This document shows, one piece after another, positions 8,801-20,873 of a stretch of 64,000 nt of DNA. This DNA is from Candidatus Binatia bacterium (lineage in GTDB: Bacteria > Desulfobacterota > Binatia > UBA9968 > JAJDTQ01): NCBI GenBank assembly GCA_963666515.2, contig OY762897.2, positions 2,272,001 through 2,336,000 of the forward strand, read 5' to 3'. The position numbers were made by a program, and so were the translations under genes. The notes beneath the pieces are model-generated. The model had not been told where the DNA came from. It saw only the letters and a program-made list of their open reading frames with translations, and searched no databases. Each line of letters opens with the position of its first letter. Position 1 is the stretch's first letter.

Positions 8801-10102
8801 ATGAGTCGCATGGAAAACGGAAAGCAGCAGGAGATCATGGCGAAGCACAAGGAGTACCTGTTCTCCTGCGTCGCCAACTACTACGAAGAGCCCCTGGTGG
8901 TGGACCGGGCCAAGGACTCGCTCGTTTACGACGTGGAGGGACGGGAGTACCTGGACTTCTTCGGCGGCATCGTCACCGTCAGCGTCGGGCACTGCAACGA
9001 CACGGTGGTGGCCGCCATCGAGGAGCAGGTCCGCAAGGTCCAGCACACCTCGACGCTCTACCCCAACGAGCCGCACGTGCGCCTGGCCGAGAAGCTCGCC
9101 GCCGTCACCCCCGGCGCGCTCAAGCAGTCGTTCTTCACCAACAGCGGCACCGAGGCCAACGAGACCGCGGTGCTGGTGGCGCAGCTCTACACCCGCTCCC
9201 ACGACGTCATCGCGCTGCGCCACGGCTACAGCGGCCGTTCCCAACTGGCCATGAGCCTCACCGGGCACTACACGTGGCGGCTGACGCCCACCGCGAGCCC
9301 GAACATCCACCACATCCCCAACGCCTACTGCTACCGGTGTCCGTTCGGGCTCACCTATCCGAGTTGCGACCTCAAGTGCGCCAGGGACCTGGAGGGCGCC
9401 ATCCAGACCGCCACGTCGGGGAAGCTCGCCGCGTTCATCGCCGAGCCGATCCAGGGCGTCGGCGGGTTCATCACCCCGCCCAGGGAGTACTTCCGGGAGG
9501 TCGCCGACATCGTGCACAAGTACGGCGGCCTGTTCATCTGCGACGAGGTGCAGACGGGATGGGGCCGGACCGGCGGCAAGATGTTCGGCATCGAGCAGTG
9601 GGACGTGGAGCCGGACATCATGACCTTCGCCAAGGGCATGGCCAACGGCGTCCCCATCGGCGGCACCATCACCCGGCCGGAGATCGCCGACAGCATCCGG
9701 GGGCTGTCCCTCTCCACCTTCGGCGGCAACCCGGTGACCTGCGCCGCGGCCCTGGCCACCATCGAGGTCATCGAGAACGAAGGTCTCGTGGCCAACGCCG
9801 CCGACCGGGGCCGCCAACTCCGGGACGGCCTGGAAGGGCTGCGGGAGAAGTACCCCCTCATGGGCGACATCCGCGGCATGGGCCTCATGCAGGCCATCGA
9901 GATGGTGGGGCCGGACAAGACCCCGAGCCCGGAAGCGGTGCTGAGGCTCTTCGAGCTGACCCGGCAGAACGGGCTGCTGATCGGCAAGGGCGGGCTCATG
10001 GGCAACGTGATCCGCATCACCCCCGCCCTGAACGTGACCAGGGACCACGTGGACGAGGCGCTGGCGCGGCTGGACCGGTCGCTGGCGCAGATGGGGCTCT
10101 GA
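8801..10102 (+). CDS. class III PLP aminotransferase (alanine-glyoxylate AGXT2/omega-amino acid type)
   Basis: YLDFFGGI, SGTEANE, AEPIQGVGG, DEVQTGWGRTG, FAKG (PLP Lys), STFGGNP; start 8801 or 8810. Confidence 0.9.
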   Translation: MSRMENGKQQEIMAKHKEYLFSCVANYYEEPLVVDRAKDSLVYDVEGREYLDFFGGIVTVSVGHCNDTVVAAIEEQVRKVQHTSTLYPNEPHVRLAEKLAAVTPGALKQSFFTNSGTEANETAVLVAQLYTRSHDVIALRHGYSGRSQLAMSLTGHYTWRLTPTASPNIHHIPNAYCYRCPFGLTYPSCDLKCARDLEGAIQTATSGKLAAFIAEPIQGVGGFITPPREYFREVADIVHKYGGLFICDEVQTGWGRTGGKMFGIEQWDVEPDIMTFAKGMANGVPIGGTITRPEIADSIRGLSLSTFGGNPVTCAAALATIEVIENEGLVANAADRGRQLRDGLEGLREKYPLMGDIRGMGLMQAIEMVGPDKTPSPEAVLRLFELTRQNGLLIGKGGLMGNVIRITPALNVTRDHVDEALARLDRSLAQMGL

Positions 10103-10108
10103 CTTCGG

Positions 10109-11097
<989 letters not shown>

Positions 11098-11101
<4 letters not shown>

Positions 11102-11933
11102 TCGGCTGGCGGCGCTACGCGAAGGTCCTGAGCGGCGGCCTGATCGTGCTGCTGCTGTGCATCTGCGGGCTGGGGGCTCCCTGGCTGGCGCCCTACGACC
11201 CCCAGGAACAGAGCCTGGAGCAGAGGCTGCGCCCGCCGTCGCTGGACCTGGCGGCGAACCCGCACGTCATGGGCACGGACAATCTCGGCCGGGACCTCCT
11301 GAGCCGGGTCATCTACGGCTCGCGCATCTCGCTGATGGTGGGGGCGGCGACCGTCTTCCTGGCCGGGATACTGGGCTGCTTCCTGGGCGCGGTGGCCGGA
11401 TACTTCGGCGAGCTGATCGACGAGACCATCAACAAGACCACGGAGATCTTCCTGGCCTTTCCATTCCTGCTGCTGGCCATCGCCATCATGGCCTTCCTGG
11501 GGCAGGGCCTGATCAATCTCATCATCGCGCTGGTGCTGAGCCGCTGGGTGCAGTACTGCCGGGTGGTGCGCGGCGAGGTGCTGTCGCTCAAGGAACGCGA
11601 GTTCGTGCAGGCCGCGCGGGCGCTGGGGGCCAGCAACCGCTACATCATCCTGCGCCACGTGATTCCCAACACGCTGCCCAGCGTCATGGTCATCGCCACC
11701 TTCGCCATGGCCGTGGTGATCATCACCGAGGCGAGCCTGAGCTTCCTGGGGCTCGGCGTCCCGCCCAGCATCCCCACCTGGGGCTCCATGCTGAGCGAGG
11801 GCCGCAGCTACATGTACCGTGCCCCCTGGCTCACCATCTTTCCCGGCATCGCCATTTTCGTCACCGTCCTCGGCATCAACCTGCTGGGAGACGGCCTGCG
11901 CGACATCTTCGATCCCAAGCTCACGCGGAACCG

Positions 11934-11937
<4 letters not shown>
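11098..11937 (+). CDS. dipeptide/oligopeptide ABC transporter permease (DppC-like)
   Basis: MGTDNLGRDLLSR, AARALGAS, LSFLGLG, NLLGDGLRD motifs; GTGA overlap with dppB. Confidence 0.92.
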
Positions 11938-13763
<1,826 letters not shown>

Positions 13764-13770
13764 CACGCCG

Positions 13771-15426
13771 CTATTGGATGAGATTGCCGCGCCGCGCTTC
13801 GGCCACCATGTAGTCGCAGACGCGGAAGGCGTTGGCCTCGATGGTGAGGGTGGGGTTCAAGCCGGCCGCGGTCACGAACACGCTGGCGTCGACGATGAAC
13901 AGGTTGGGCACGTCGTGGGAGCGGCACCACTTGTCCACCACCGACGACTCGGGGTCGTTGCCCATCCGGCAGGTGCCCATCTGGTGGTTGTGGAGCTTGC
14001 GGGTCTCGGGCTTGGGCACGATGATGCGGGTGGCTCCCGCGGCCTCGTATATCTCGCGGGAACGCTCGCCCAGGTAGGCGGCCAGCCGGACGTCGTTCTC
14101 GTGGCTGGTGTAGGTGACGCGCGCCACCGGCAGGCCGTAGCAGTCGGTCACCTCGGGGTCCAGGTCCACGGCGTTGCTCTCCACCGGCAGGCTCTCGCCG
14201 GTGCAATGGCTGTGCAGGTAGTGGCTCCAGGTCTCCCGCATGGAGTCCTTGTGCTCCTTGCCCCAGCGCTTGCCGTGGATGGGCCGCAACGCCAGCTCGA
14301 TGGGGTCGCCGCCGTGGGCGCGGGGGTGCATGAAGCCGCCGCGGATGAATCCGCGCTTCGTGTCCGTCTTGTAGAAATCGTGGAGCACCCGGGTGCTGGA
14401 GGTGCCCTTGTGGCCGTCCAGCGGCTCGGGCATCGTCACCACCAGGGTCACGCCCGGAGAATGGAACATGAGGTTCCGGCCCACCAGGCCGCTGCCGTTG
14501 GCCAGCCCCTGGGGGAAGCGCGCGGACTCGGACAGGAGCAGCAGCCGCGCCGTCTCCACGCCTCCCGCGGCCATCACCACCAGGCGGGCCGGCTGGTGCT
14601 CCTCCTCGCCCTCGCCGTTGAAGTAGGTCACGCCGGATGCTCTGCCCTGGCGGTCCAGGGTGATCTCCCGCGCCAGGCACAGGGGCCGCACCTCCAGGCG
14701 CCCGGTGGCCAGCGCCTTGGGCAGCAGCGACTCCAGGGTGCTGGACTTGGCCCCCACCGGGCAGCCGTAGGATGAGCACATCCCCTTGCCGATGCAGCCC
14801 GGACGGCCGTCGTAGTCGCCGGTGAGGATGGCCAGAGGCGTGGGGAAGGGATGCAGGCCGAGCTTGCGCGCGCCCTTCTCCAGGGCCGCGCCGGGGCTGT
14901 TGCGGGCCGCCGGCCCCACCGGGTAGTCGCGCTTGCGCGGCGGATCGAAGGGGTTCGACCAGCCCTTCCCCGACACCCCGATGGTCCATTCCGCCTTCTC
15001 GTAGAACGGCTCCATGTCGTCGTAGGAGATGGGCCAGTCCTCGATGGTGGTGCCGGCCACCGGGCCGTCCTCGGACTTCACGCGGAAGTCCGACTCGTGG
15101 AAGCGCCAGGACAAGCCGCTGTAGTGGATGGTGCCGCCGCCCACGCACATGGCGTTGGAGAAGGTCTGGGTCTTGGTGGAGATCAGCTCGGTGGGGCTGT
15201 CCGCGTCCGGCCGCCAGGTGCGCGGCTCCAGCTCCACCGTCGGCCAGAAGAAGTTGCGCCGCTTGTAGAGCAGCTCGTCGCCCAGGGCGAAGTCCTCGCG
15301 CTTGTACCAGGGACCCCGCTCCAGCACGCACACGGTCATGCCCGCCTCGGTCAGTTCCTTGGCCGCCACCAGGCCCGAGGCCCCGCCTCCCACGATGCAG
15401 ATGTCGACTGTTTCGTGCTGTGCCAT
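13771..15426 (-). CDS. GMC family flavoprotein oxidoreductase
   Basis: IVGGGASG FAD site, VGGGTIHY, Cys cluster CIGKGMCSSYGC, HQMGTCRMG, NPTLTI. Confidence 0.9.
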   Translation of the reverse strand: MAQHETVDICIVGGGASGLVAAKELTEAGMTVCVLERGPWYKREDFALGDELLYKRRNFFWPTVELEPRTWRPDADSPTELISTKTQTFSNAMCVGGGTIHYSGLSWRFHESDFRVKSEDGPVAGTTIEDWPISYDDMEPFYEKAEWTIGVSGKGWSNPFDPPRKRDYPVGPAARNSPGAALEKGARKLGLHPFPTPLAILTGDYDGRPGCIGKGMCSSYGCPVGAKSSTLESLLPKALATGRLEVRPLCLAREITLDRQGRASGVTYFNGEGEEEHQPARLVVMAAGGVETARLLLLSESARFPQGLANGSGLVGRNLMFHSPGVTLVVTMPEPLDGHKGTSSTRVLHDFYKTDTKRGFIRGGFMHPRAHGGDPIELALRPIHGKRWGKEHKDSMRETWSHYLHSHCTGESLPVESNAVDLDPEVTDCYGLPVARVTYTSHENDVRLAAYLGERSREIYEAAGATRIIVPKPETRKLHNHQMGTCRMGNDPESSVVDKWCRSHDVPNLFIVDASVFVTAAGLNPTLTIEANAFRVCDYMVAEARRGNLIQ

Positions 15427-15450
15427 CGCTTCCTCCACGCCTTGAAACGC

Positions 15451-15486
15451 TCGCCCCGACCCTCTCCCCGGAGGAGGGGCGAAGGA
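15451..15486. repeat. REP-like palindrome
   Basis: tcgcccc...ctctccccggaggaggggcga inverted repeat between two co-oriented genes. Confidence 0.45.
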
Positions 15487-15488
15487 TG

Positions 15489-16103
15489 TCAGGACGACTT
15501 GTCCTTCCTGTCGCCGGCGAACTCGTCGGGCTCGTTGGCGTCGTACCAGCCGTATGGGGATTCGTTGCCGTGGGGGAAGCTCGGGCCGGGGTAGCCCAGA
15601 ACCTGCCAGCCCACCCGGTCCTTGTTGCCGCCGTGCCGCGGGTGGCCGTAGAACCCCTCCATGGTATGGGTCACGAGGAGCGTGAAGAACGGCTCCTTCC
15701 GCTCGTCCAGGATGGTCAGGACCCGGTCCCGCCCCGCGTCGTCCAGCCCGCAGAAGTCGGCGCCGGGGCGCAACTCCGCGGCCAGCCTGTCCAGCTCCGC
15801 CACGCCGTCGCAATAAGCCTGCCGGTGGCGGCTGCCCAGCCCGTTCAGCTTGAACAGCGTGGCCTGCTGCTCCTCGGTGCGGCCCCCCATGCTCCCCAGG
15901 AGGAAGTTGGAGTACTCCTTCTTCTCCCGCGGGCCGATGTCCGCGTCCACGTCGTCCGCGGCCAGCAACCCCTCGATGTAGTCGATGACCCCGGCCTCGC
16001 GCGCGCCCGGGTCCTCGTCCGAGGGAACGATGCGCGCCGCCGCCGCCTCGATGGTGGCGCGCTCGTGCCGTGAGAGGACGCCGCCTGAATCGCTATCACT
16101 CAT
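15489..16103 (-). CDS. gluconate 2-dehydrogenase subunit 3 family protein
   Basis: PGAREAGVIDYI, EGFYGHPRHGGNKDRVGWQVLGYPG; directly upstream of the GMC subunit. Confidence 0.88.
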   Translation of the reverse strand: MSDSDSGGVLSRHERATIEAAAARIVPSDEDPGAREAGVIDYIEGLLAADDVDADIGPREKKEYSNFLLGSMGGRTEEQQATLFKLNGLGSRHRQAYCDGVAELDRLAAELRPGADFCGLDDAGRDRVLTILDERKEPFFTLLVTHTMEGFYGHPRHGGNKDRVGWQVLGYPGPSFPHGNESPYGWYDANEPDEFAGDRKDKSS

Positions 16104-16260
16104 GTGGAACCCGCTTCCATGTTGATATCCTGCCTTGGTATCCTGTCCCGCCGCCGCGGGGATGAGCCATCATACAATAGCGGCGGACAGAATTCACCTT
16201 CCCTTGACAGGCCGTAGCCGTCGTTCCAGACATAGCTGAACCCGGTTGGAATCCTGTCAC

Positions 16261-17244
16261 ATGATCGAGAAGCCGCCATACGCGATCACGCCGGATATCC
16301 TTTTCCGCGTTGAAGAAATCGGCGAGATGATCGGCCGCGCGGAAGCCGCCGGCATCTCGCAGGATCTGCGCCTGCGGCGAATCAACCGGATCCGCACGAT
16401 TCACGGCTCGCTGGCCATTGAAGGCAACACCTTGAGCGAAGAAGAGGTTGCCACGATTCTCGACGGCAAACCGGTCGCCGCTCCGCCAAGGGACCTTGCG
16501 GAGGTCCGCAACGCCATCCGGGCCTACGACCAGTACCAGCAGTGGGACCCCGCCGACCAGGGCGACCTGCTGCGCGCTCACGAAATTCTCATGGCCGGGC
16601 TGCTGGATGCCCCGGGGCGCTATCGTCAAGGTCAGGTGGCCGTGATGGGCGAGGACGAGGTTCACCACATCGGTCCGCCTGCAGCACGCGTGCCGGAACT
16701 CATGACCAACTTGTTGACGTGGCTCCACAGCACCGACGAACATCCGCTGATTGCCAGCTCGGTCTTTCATTACGAGTTCGAGTTCATCCACCCCTTCGAG
16801 GACGGCAACGGACGGATGGGGCGGCTCTGGCAGACCCTGATCCTGACCCGCTGGAAAACCCTGTTCGCCTGCATTCCCGTGGAGAGTCTTGTCCATGCCC
16901 GCCAAGCCGACTACTACGAAGCCATCAGGCAGAGTTCGGCAGACGGCGAGAGCACATCGTTCATTTCGTTCATGCTGGCAATCATTGTCGAGGCGCTTCG
17001 GATTCCGACAGGGAGCGACCAAGTAGCCGATCAGGTAAGCGACCAAGTAGCAAGGCTGCTCGCGGCTCTGGCCAAAGGCCCCAGGACCGCTGCACAACTA
17101 ATGGCGGACATGGGCTTGTCGCATCGCCCCACGTTCCGCAAGAACTACCTTCGTCCGGCGATCTCCGCAGGGCTGGTGGAGATGACACGGCCCGAATCGC
17201 CCACGGCAAGAAACCAGCAGTACCGGCTTACCGGTGTATCTTGA
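16261..17244 (+). CDS. Fic family AMPylase with N-terminal autoinhibitory motif and C-terminal wHTH
   Basis: HPFEDGNGRMGR Fic motif; SLAIEGN inhibitory motif; SDQV repeat linker. Confidence 0.92.
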   Translation: MIEKPPYAITPDILFRVEEIGEMIGRAEAAGISQDLRLRRINRIRTIHGSLAIEGNTLSEEEVATILDGKPVAAPPRDLAEVRNAIRAYDQYQQWDPADQGDLLRAHEILMAGLLDAPGRYRQGQVAVMGEDEVHHIGPPAARVPELMTNLLTWLHSTDEHPLIASSVFHYEFEFIHPFEDGNGRMGRLWQTLILTRWKTLFACIPVESLVHARQADYYEAIRQSSADGESTSFISFMLAIIVEALRIPTGSDQVADQVSDQVARLLAALAKGPRTAAQLMADMGLSHRPTFRKNYLRPAISAGLVEMTRPESPTARNQQYRLTGVS

Positions 17245-17285
17245 CGAGAGACGGCAGCCCTGATAGAACTTAGCTCAACTTAGCT
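17241..17285 (+). promoter_or_regulatory. promoter/operator of phd-vapC module
   Basis: TTGACG-17 bp-TAGAAC overlapped by direct repeat AACTTAGCT x2 (17267-17275, 17277-17285). Confidence 0.55.
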
Positions 17286-17299
17286 AGAAGGGGCGTAAA

Positions 17300-17554
17300 A
17301 TGAAGCAGGTAAACATGCACGAGGCGAAATCCCAGCTTTCCAGGCTGGGCAAGTTGGCCTGGGAGGGCGAGGAGATCGTGATCGCCAAGGCCGGCGAACC
17401 ATATCTGCTGCTGAAGCCGTACAAACGACCCGTGGAGGAACGAAAGCCTGGTGGGCTGGAAGGGCAGATATGGATGGCCCCGGACTTTGACGAGCCCGAC
17501 GAAGAACTCATGGACCTGATCGAGAACTCGAAGATCTTCCCGGATGAGGACTGA
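17300..17554 (+). CDS. Phd/YefM family antitoxin
   Basis: VNMHEAKSQLSRL...GEEIVIAKAGEP pattern; acidic C-terminus; upstream of PIN toxin. Confidence 0.9.
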   Translation: MKQVNMHEAKSQLSRLGKLAWEGEEIVIAKAGEPYLLLKPYKRPVEERKPGGLEGQIWMAPDFDEPDEELMDLIENSKIFPDED

Positions 17555-17558
17555 CGTC

Positions 17559-17936
17559 GTGCGTCTGTTGCTGGACACCCACGCATTCGTATGGTGGATC
17601 ACCGACTTCGCGCTGCTGACCGAGACAGCCCGTTCGGCAATCGCCGACCCCGGCAACGATGTCTTCGTCAGCGCCATTACCGGTTGGGAGGTCGCCGTCA
17701 AGCGGGCCAAGGGGACCATGACCGCGCCCGACAATCTGTCGGCGATGGTCGAAGAAAAGTGCTTCATCCACCTGCCGTTGACCTTCCATCATGCCGAACA
17801 GGCGGGCAAACTGCCGATGCATCACCGTGACCCGTTCGACCGTTTTCTGATCGCCCAGGCCCAAGCCGAGGGATTGATACTCGTCACCCGCGATCAACAA
17901 ATCCCTCGATACGACGTAGCCACCATGGCGGCTTGA
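17559..17936 (+). CDS. vapC: VapC/PIN domain toxin
   Basis: LLLDTHAFVW, SAITGWE, HRDPFDRFLIAQA, LVTRD; start 17544 or 17559. Confidence 0.9.
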   Translation: MRLLLDTHAFVWWITDFALLTETARSAIADPGNDVFVSAITGWEVAVKRAKGTMTAPDNLSAMVEEKCFIHLPLTFHHAEQAGKLPMHHRDPFDRFLIAQAQAEGLILVTRDQQIPRYDVATMAA

Positions 17937-17977
17937 CCCCAGGTTGCCCTCTCCCATTTACGCTCCCGGCCTTTAGG

Positions 17978-18040
17978 CGTCCTGAGATAGCGTCCTTCGA
18001 CTTCGCGACGCTGGCGCGTCGCTACGCTCAGGACGAACGG
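17978..18040. repeat. REP-like palindromic element (ccttcgacttcgc...gctcaggacgaacgg family)
   Basis: cgtcctgag/ctcaggacg arms with inner gcgacgc/gcgtcgc stem; partial copies at 6311-6325, 19328-19338, 19437-19445, 36950-36970 and 55847-55868. Confidence 0.65.
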
Positions 18041-18043
18041 TTG

Positions 18044-18382
18044 TCAAAGCGGCTTGACCACCTTGACTACCGCCGCCGCCATCGCCGTGGCCGCCTTCAG
18101 GTAGGTCTTGATCCGGTGGAGCTTCTCCCCTGCCCGTTCGAGGTTCCGGAGGCCCCGTTCAAGCTCTTTCTCGTTGTCGACGAGTTCCCGGCGGATATCC
18201 GCGACACGCGCGTTTTCGATCCGGCGGATGGCGAGGCAAACGTCCAGCAGCGCCATGGCCGCCGCGGTTCGGTCCGCCTCGGGGAGATCCTTCACCCCCG
18301 AGAGCCATTCGGCGGACATCATCTGCTTCCTTGCCTGCCGCAACTCGGACAGGGTCTTGCTGCGGATCTCTCCCGGAGTCAT
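18044..18382 (-). CDS. hypothetical coiled-coil protein (112 aa)
   Basis: ATGA overlap with the upstream lipoprotein stop; helical heptad pattern; no family recognised. Confidence 0.7.
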   Translation of the reverse strand: MTPGEIRSKTLSELRQARKQMMSAEWLSGVKDLPEADRTAAAMALLDVCLAIRRIENARVADIRRELVDNEKELERGLRNLERAGEKLHRIKTYLKAATAMAAAVVKVVKPL

Positions 18383-19308
18383 CGGACGGCCCTCCTCGCT
18401 TCGGCACCGAGTTGCGACACCAGTTCGACGAAACCCGCAACGGTGGCGGCCAGTTCCGCGGCCCGTGCGGCATCCAGACGTCCCTCCAGAGCCGCCACGT
18501 ACGCGCTTCGCAACGAACGGATGGCCTGCTCCGCAGACCGCGCCGCTGCCACGTCGGCAGGTTCATGCAGGCTCCGCAGCCGCCGCGCCGCCCAGGTCTT
18601 GGGCAACCGGCCGGCGCTCACGTACGGCTCCACCACGTCGTCGTTGCGGAAACGGGCCGACACGATCTCCCCGTCCGCGCGGACCTGCCGCGCGAGGGCC
18701 GCCACCAGCGCTTCCTGAAGCGCCAGCTCGCGTTCGATGGCTGCGCCACGCGCTTCCAGCTCGCCGCGCAGCGCCGCGGACTTGAACGACGCCAGCGCGA
18801 TGCTCGCCGCGGGCTCGACGAGACCGCTCACCGGAACGCCGCCCATGCGCGCTCTCTTGAGCCTTGGCGACAGCTTGCCCAACTCCGCGGTCAACCGCTT
18901 CGCGGCATTGCCGATCCCTTTCGGCCCGTCCGGCTCAAGCAGCGTACGGAGAGCAACGAAATACGATCTCAACAAGTCGTTGTGGCGCTTGGCGGCGTCG
19001 TACTCCGCCAGTCGTTCCGCCATGGCCGCGTCGAATTTCCGCAACGCGTCCCGGCGCTGTTCCTCCGACAGCCCGCCCCGGGCCTCCACCAACGCACGCG
19101 AATCCACCGCCATCGCCAGCTCGAACGCCCGGTCCAGCAACGGCGGCACCTTGCCGGCGTAGGCGATGCCCGCCTCGGCCACCGCATCGAGCCGGGCGGT
19201 GTCCGTGGCCGCGGTGCAGCCGGTTACCACGAGCGCCAGGACGAACACCGGCAACAGGTGCACGCCGCGGTTGTAGATGTGACGGGCTCGTGCGCCCCTT
19301 GTCTCCAT
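18379..19308 (-). CDS. hypothetical alpha-helical lipoprotein
   Basis: GAGGAGG RBS, hydrophobic stretch ending in lipobox LVVTGC (Cys31). Confidence 0.75.
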   Translation of the reverse strand: METRGARARHIYNRGVHLLPVFVLALVVTGCTAATDTARLDAVAEAGIAYAGKVPPLLDRAFELAMAVDSRALVEARGGLSEEQRRDALRKFDAAMAERLAEYDAAKRHNDLLRSYFVALRTLLEPDGPKGIGNAAKRLTAELGKLSPRLKRARMGGVPVSGLVEPAASIALASFKSAALRGELEARGAAIERELALQEALVAALARQVRADGEIVSARFRNDDVVEPYVSAGRLPKTWAARRLRSLHEPADVAAARSAEQAIRSLRSAYVAALEGRLDAARAAELAATVAGFVELVSQLGAEARRAVR

Positions 19309-19555
19309 GAACGGTGCCTCCTCGCCTGCGAAGTCGAAACGGTGCCACGAGCCGAAGGGCCGCGCACCACCCGGCTTGTCGCATTCTGAATCGACCGGTC
19401 CACGTTTTGCACAGAACAACCGGAATGTGCAAGGGTGTCGAAGGGCCGGTCATTGACCAGGCGCCCGCACTTGCTGTAGTTTCGTCTCGGAGCACGCCAA
19501 CGAGCCACCCGGGCGCACAGGATCGGCACACCCTGCCCGGACAAGGAGGAACGAA

Positions 19556-20797
19556 ATGAAAGACGGCCTGCGTTTCGTGGACAGCGACATGCACATTCAG
19601 GAACCGGGGGACCTCCTGGAGAAGTACCTGGACCCCGAGTTCAAGCATCGGGTCACTTGGGCGGTGGACGGCAAGGGGAAGATCAGCCGGCGCACCTGGA
19701 CCATCGACGGCCTGCCCACCGGCGCGGACTCGGAGATGCAGCAGCACCGCAAGAAGGCGGCTTCGTCAAAGGCCACGGGGCCCATCATGGGGGCGGCCAC
19801 CGGGGTGCTGTCGGCGTCACGGATCGCCGACACCGGGCGCCTCGACTTCGCCATCGAGCGGGGTTACGACGAGGAAGCCCAGATCATGGGGATGGAGATG
19901 GAAGGCATCGACATCGCCGTGCTCTTCCCCACCGGGGGACTGGGGCTTCTGGCGCGGGACAACATGGACCCGCATCTCTCCCACGCCTTGAGCCGGGCCT
20001 ACAACGACTGGATCCACGACTTCTGCCAGCACTGCCCGGAGCGCATGAAGTTCGCCGCCATGCTGCCGCTGCACGACGTGAACCTGGCGTGCCACGAACT
20101 GAAGCGGGCGGTGCAGGAGTTGGGGGCGGTGGCCTCGTTCATCCGGCCGAACATGGTCAACGGCCACTTCTGGCACTCCAACTACTGGGACCCTCTCTAC
20201 AGCCTGCACGAGGAACTGGACGTGTCCTGGTGCTTCCATGAAGGCACCGGCGCCTGGAACTCGCATATGAACGAGCTGTACGGCGAGAATCGCTTCTACC
20301 GCCACGTGGCCAGCCACTGGATCGAGATGCAGCAGGCCCTCATCGCCATGATCATCGGCGGCGTCTTCGAGTTCCATCCCAAGCTGCGGGTGGGTTACCT
20401 GGAAGCGCAGAACTCCTGGGTGCCAGGCATCCTGACGCGCATCGAGTGGGACTACGCCAACTACCGCGACTCCCACGCGCCCTACCTGTCGCTGACGCCC
20501 AGGGAGTACTTCCAGAGGAACTGCTGGGCCGCAGTGGAAGGCAGCGAGCCCGAGATCGCCGGCACCGCGGATCTCATCGGCGCCCACCGGATGTGCATCT
20601 CCACCGACTACCCGCACTTCGACTCGAACTTCCCCAACGTCTCCACCAACCTGCTGAACAACGTGTCACGGGAAACCGCCGCCGCCATCTTCATGGGCGG
20701 CGCCGGGTTGTACAAGTTCAGCGAGGAGGACTTCCAGAAGGCCCACGCGGCCGCGGAGGCGAGCCAGAAGCGCCAGACAGCGGTCAACGAGGGCTAG
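19556..20797 (+). CDS. amidohydrolase_2 family metallo-hydrolase
   Basis: DSDMH, AVLFPT, AYNDW, FHE, YLEA, STDYPH motifs; AAGGAGG RBS. Confidence 0.9.
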   Translation: MKDGLRFVDSDMHIQEPGDLLEKYLDPEFKHRVTWAVDGKGKISRRTWTIDGLPTGADSEMQQHRKKAASSKATGPIMGAATGVLSASRIADTGRLDFAIERGYDEEAQIMGMEMEGIDIAVLFPTGGLGLLARDNMDPHLSHALSRAYNDWIHDFCQHCPERMKFAAMLPLHDVNLACHELKRAVQELGAVASFIRPNMVNGHFWHSNYWDPLYSLHEELDVSWCFHEGTGAWNSHMNELYGENRFYRHVASHWIEMQQALIAMIIGGVFEFHPKLRVGYLEAQNSWVPGILTRIEWDYANYRDSHAPYLSLTPREYFQRNCWAAVEGSEPEIAGTADLIGAHRMCISTDYPHFDSNFPNVSTNLLNNVSRETAAAIFMGGAGLYKFSEEDFQKAHAAAEASQKRQTAVNEG

Positions 20798-20821
20798 ACC
20801 TCAAGGTCCCGCGCGAATCGA

Positions 20822-20854
20822 GAGGGGGTGAAAGCGCCGATGCTTCACCCCCTC
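20822..20854. terminator. hairpin between convergent genes
   Basis: gagggggtgaa...ttcaccccctc inverted repeat. Confidence 0.55.
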
Positions 20855-20873
20855 GCAGTTCAAGATCCGATTC

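Noticed and set aside
17014-17052. Tandem gaccaagtag repeats in the Fic gene
   Set aside because: Encodes the xDQV linker commonly seen in Fic proteins; not a separate element
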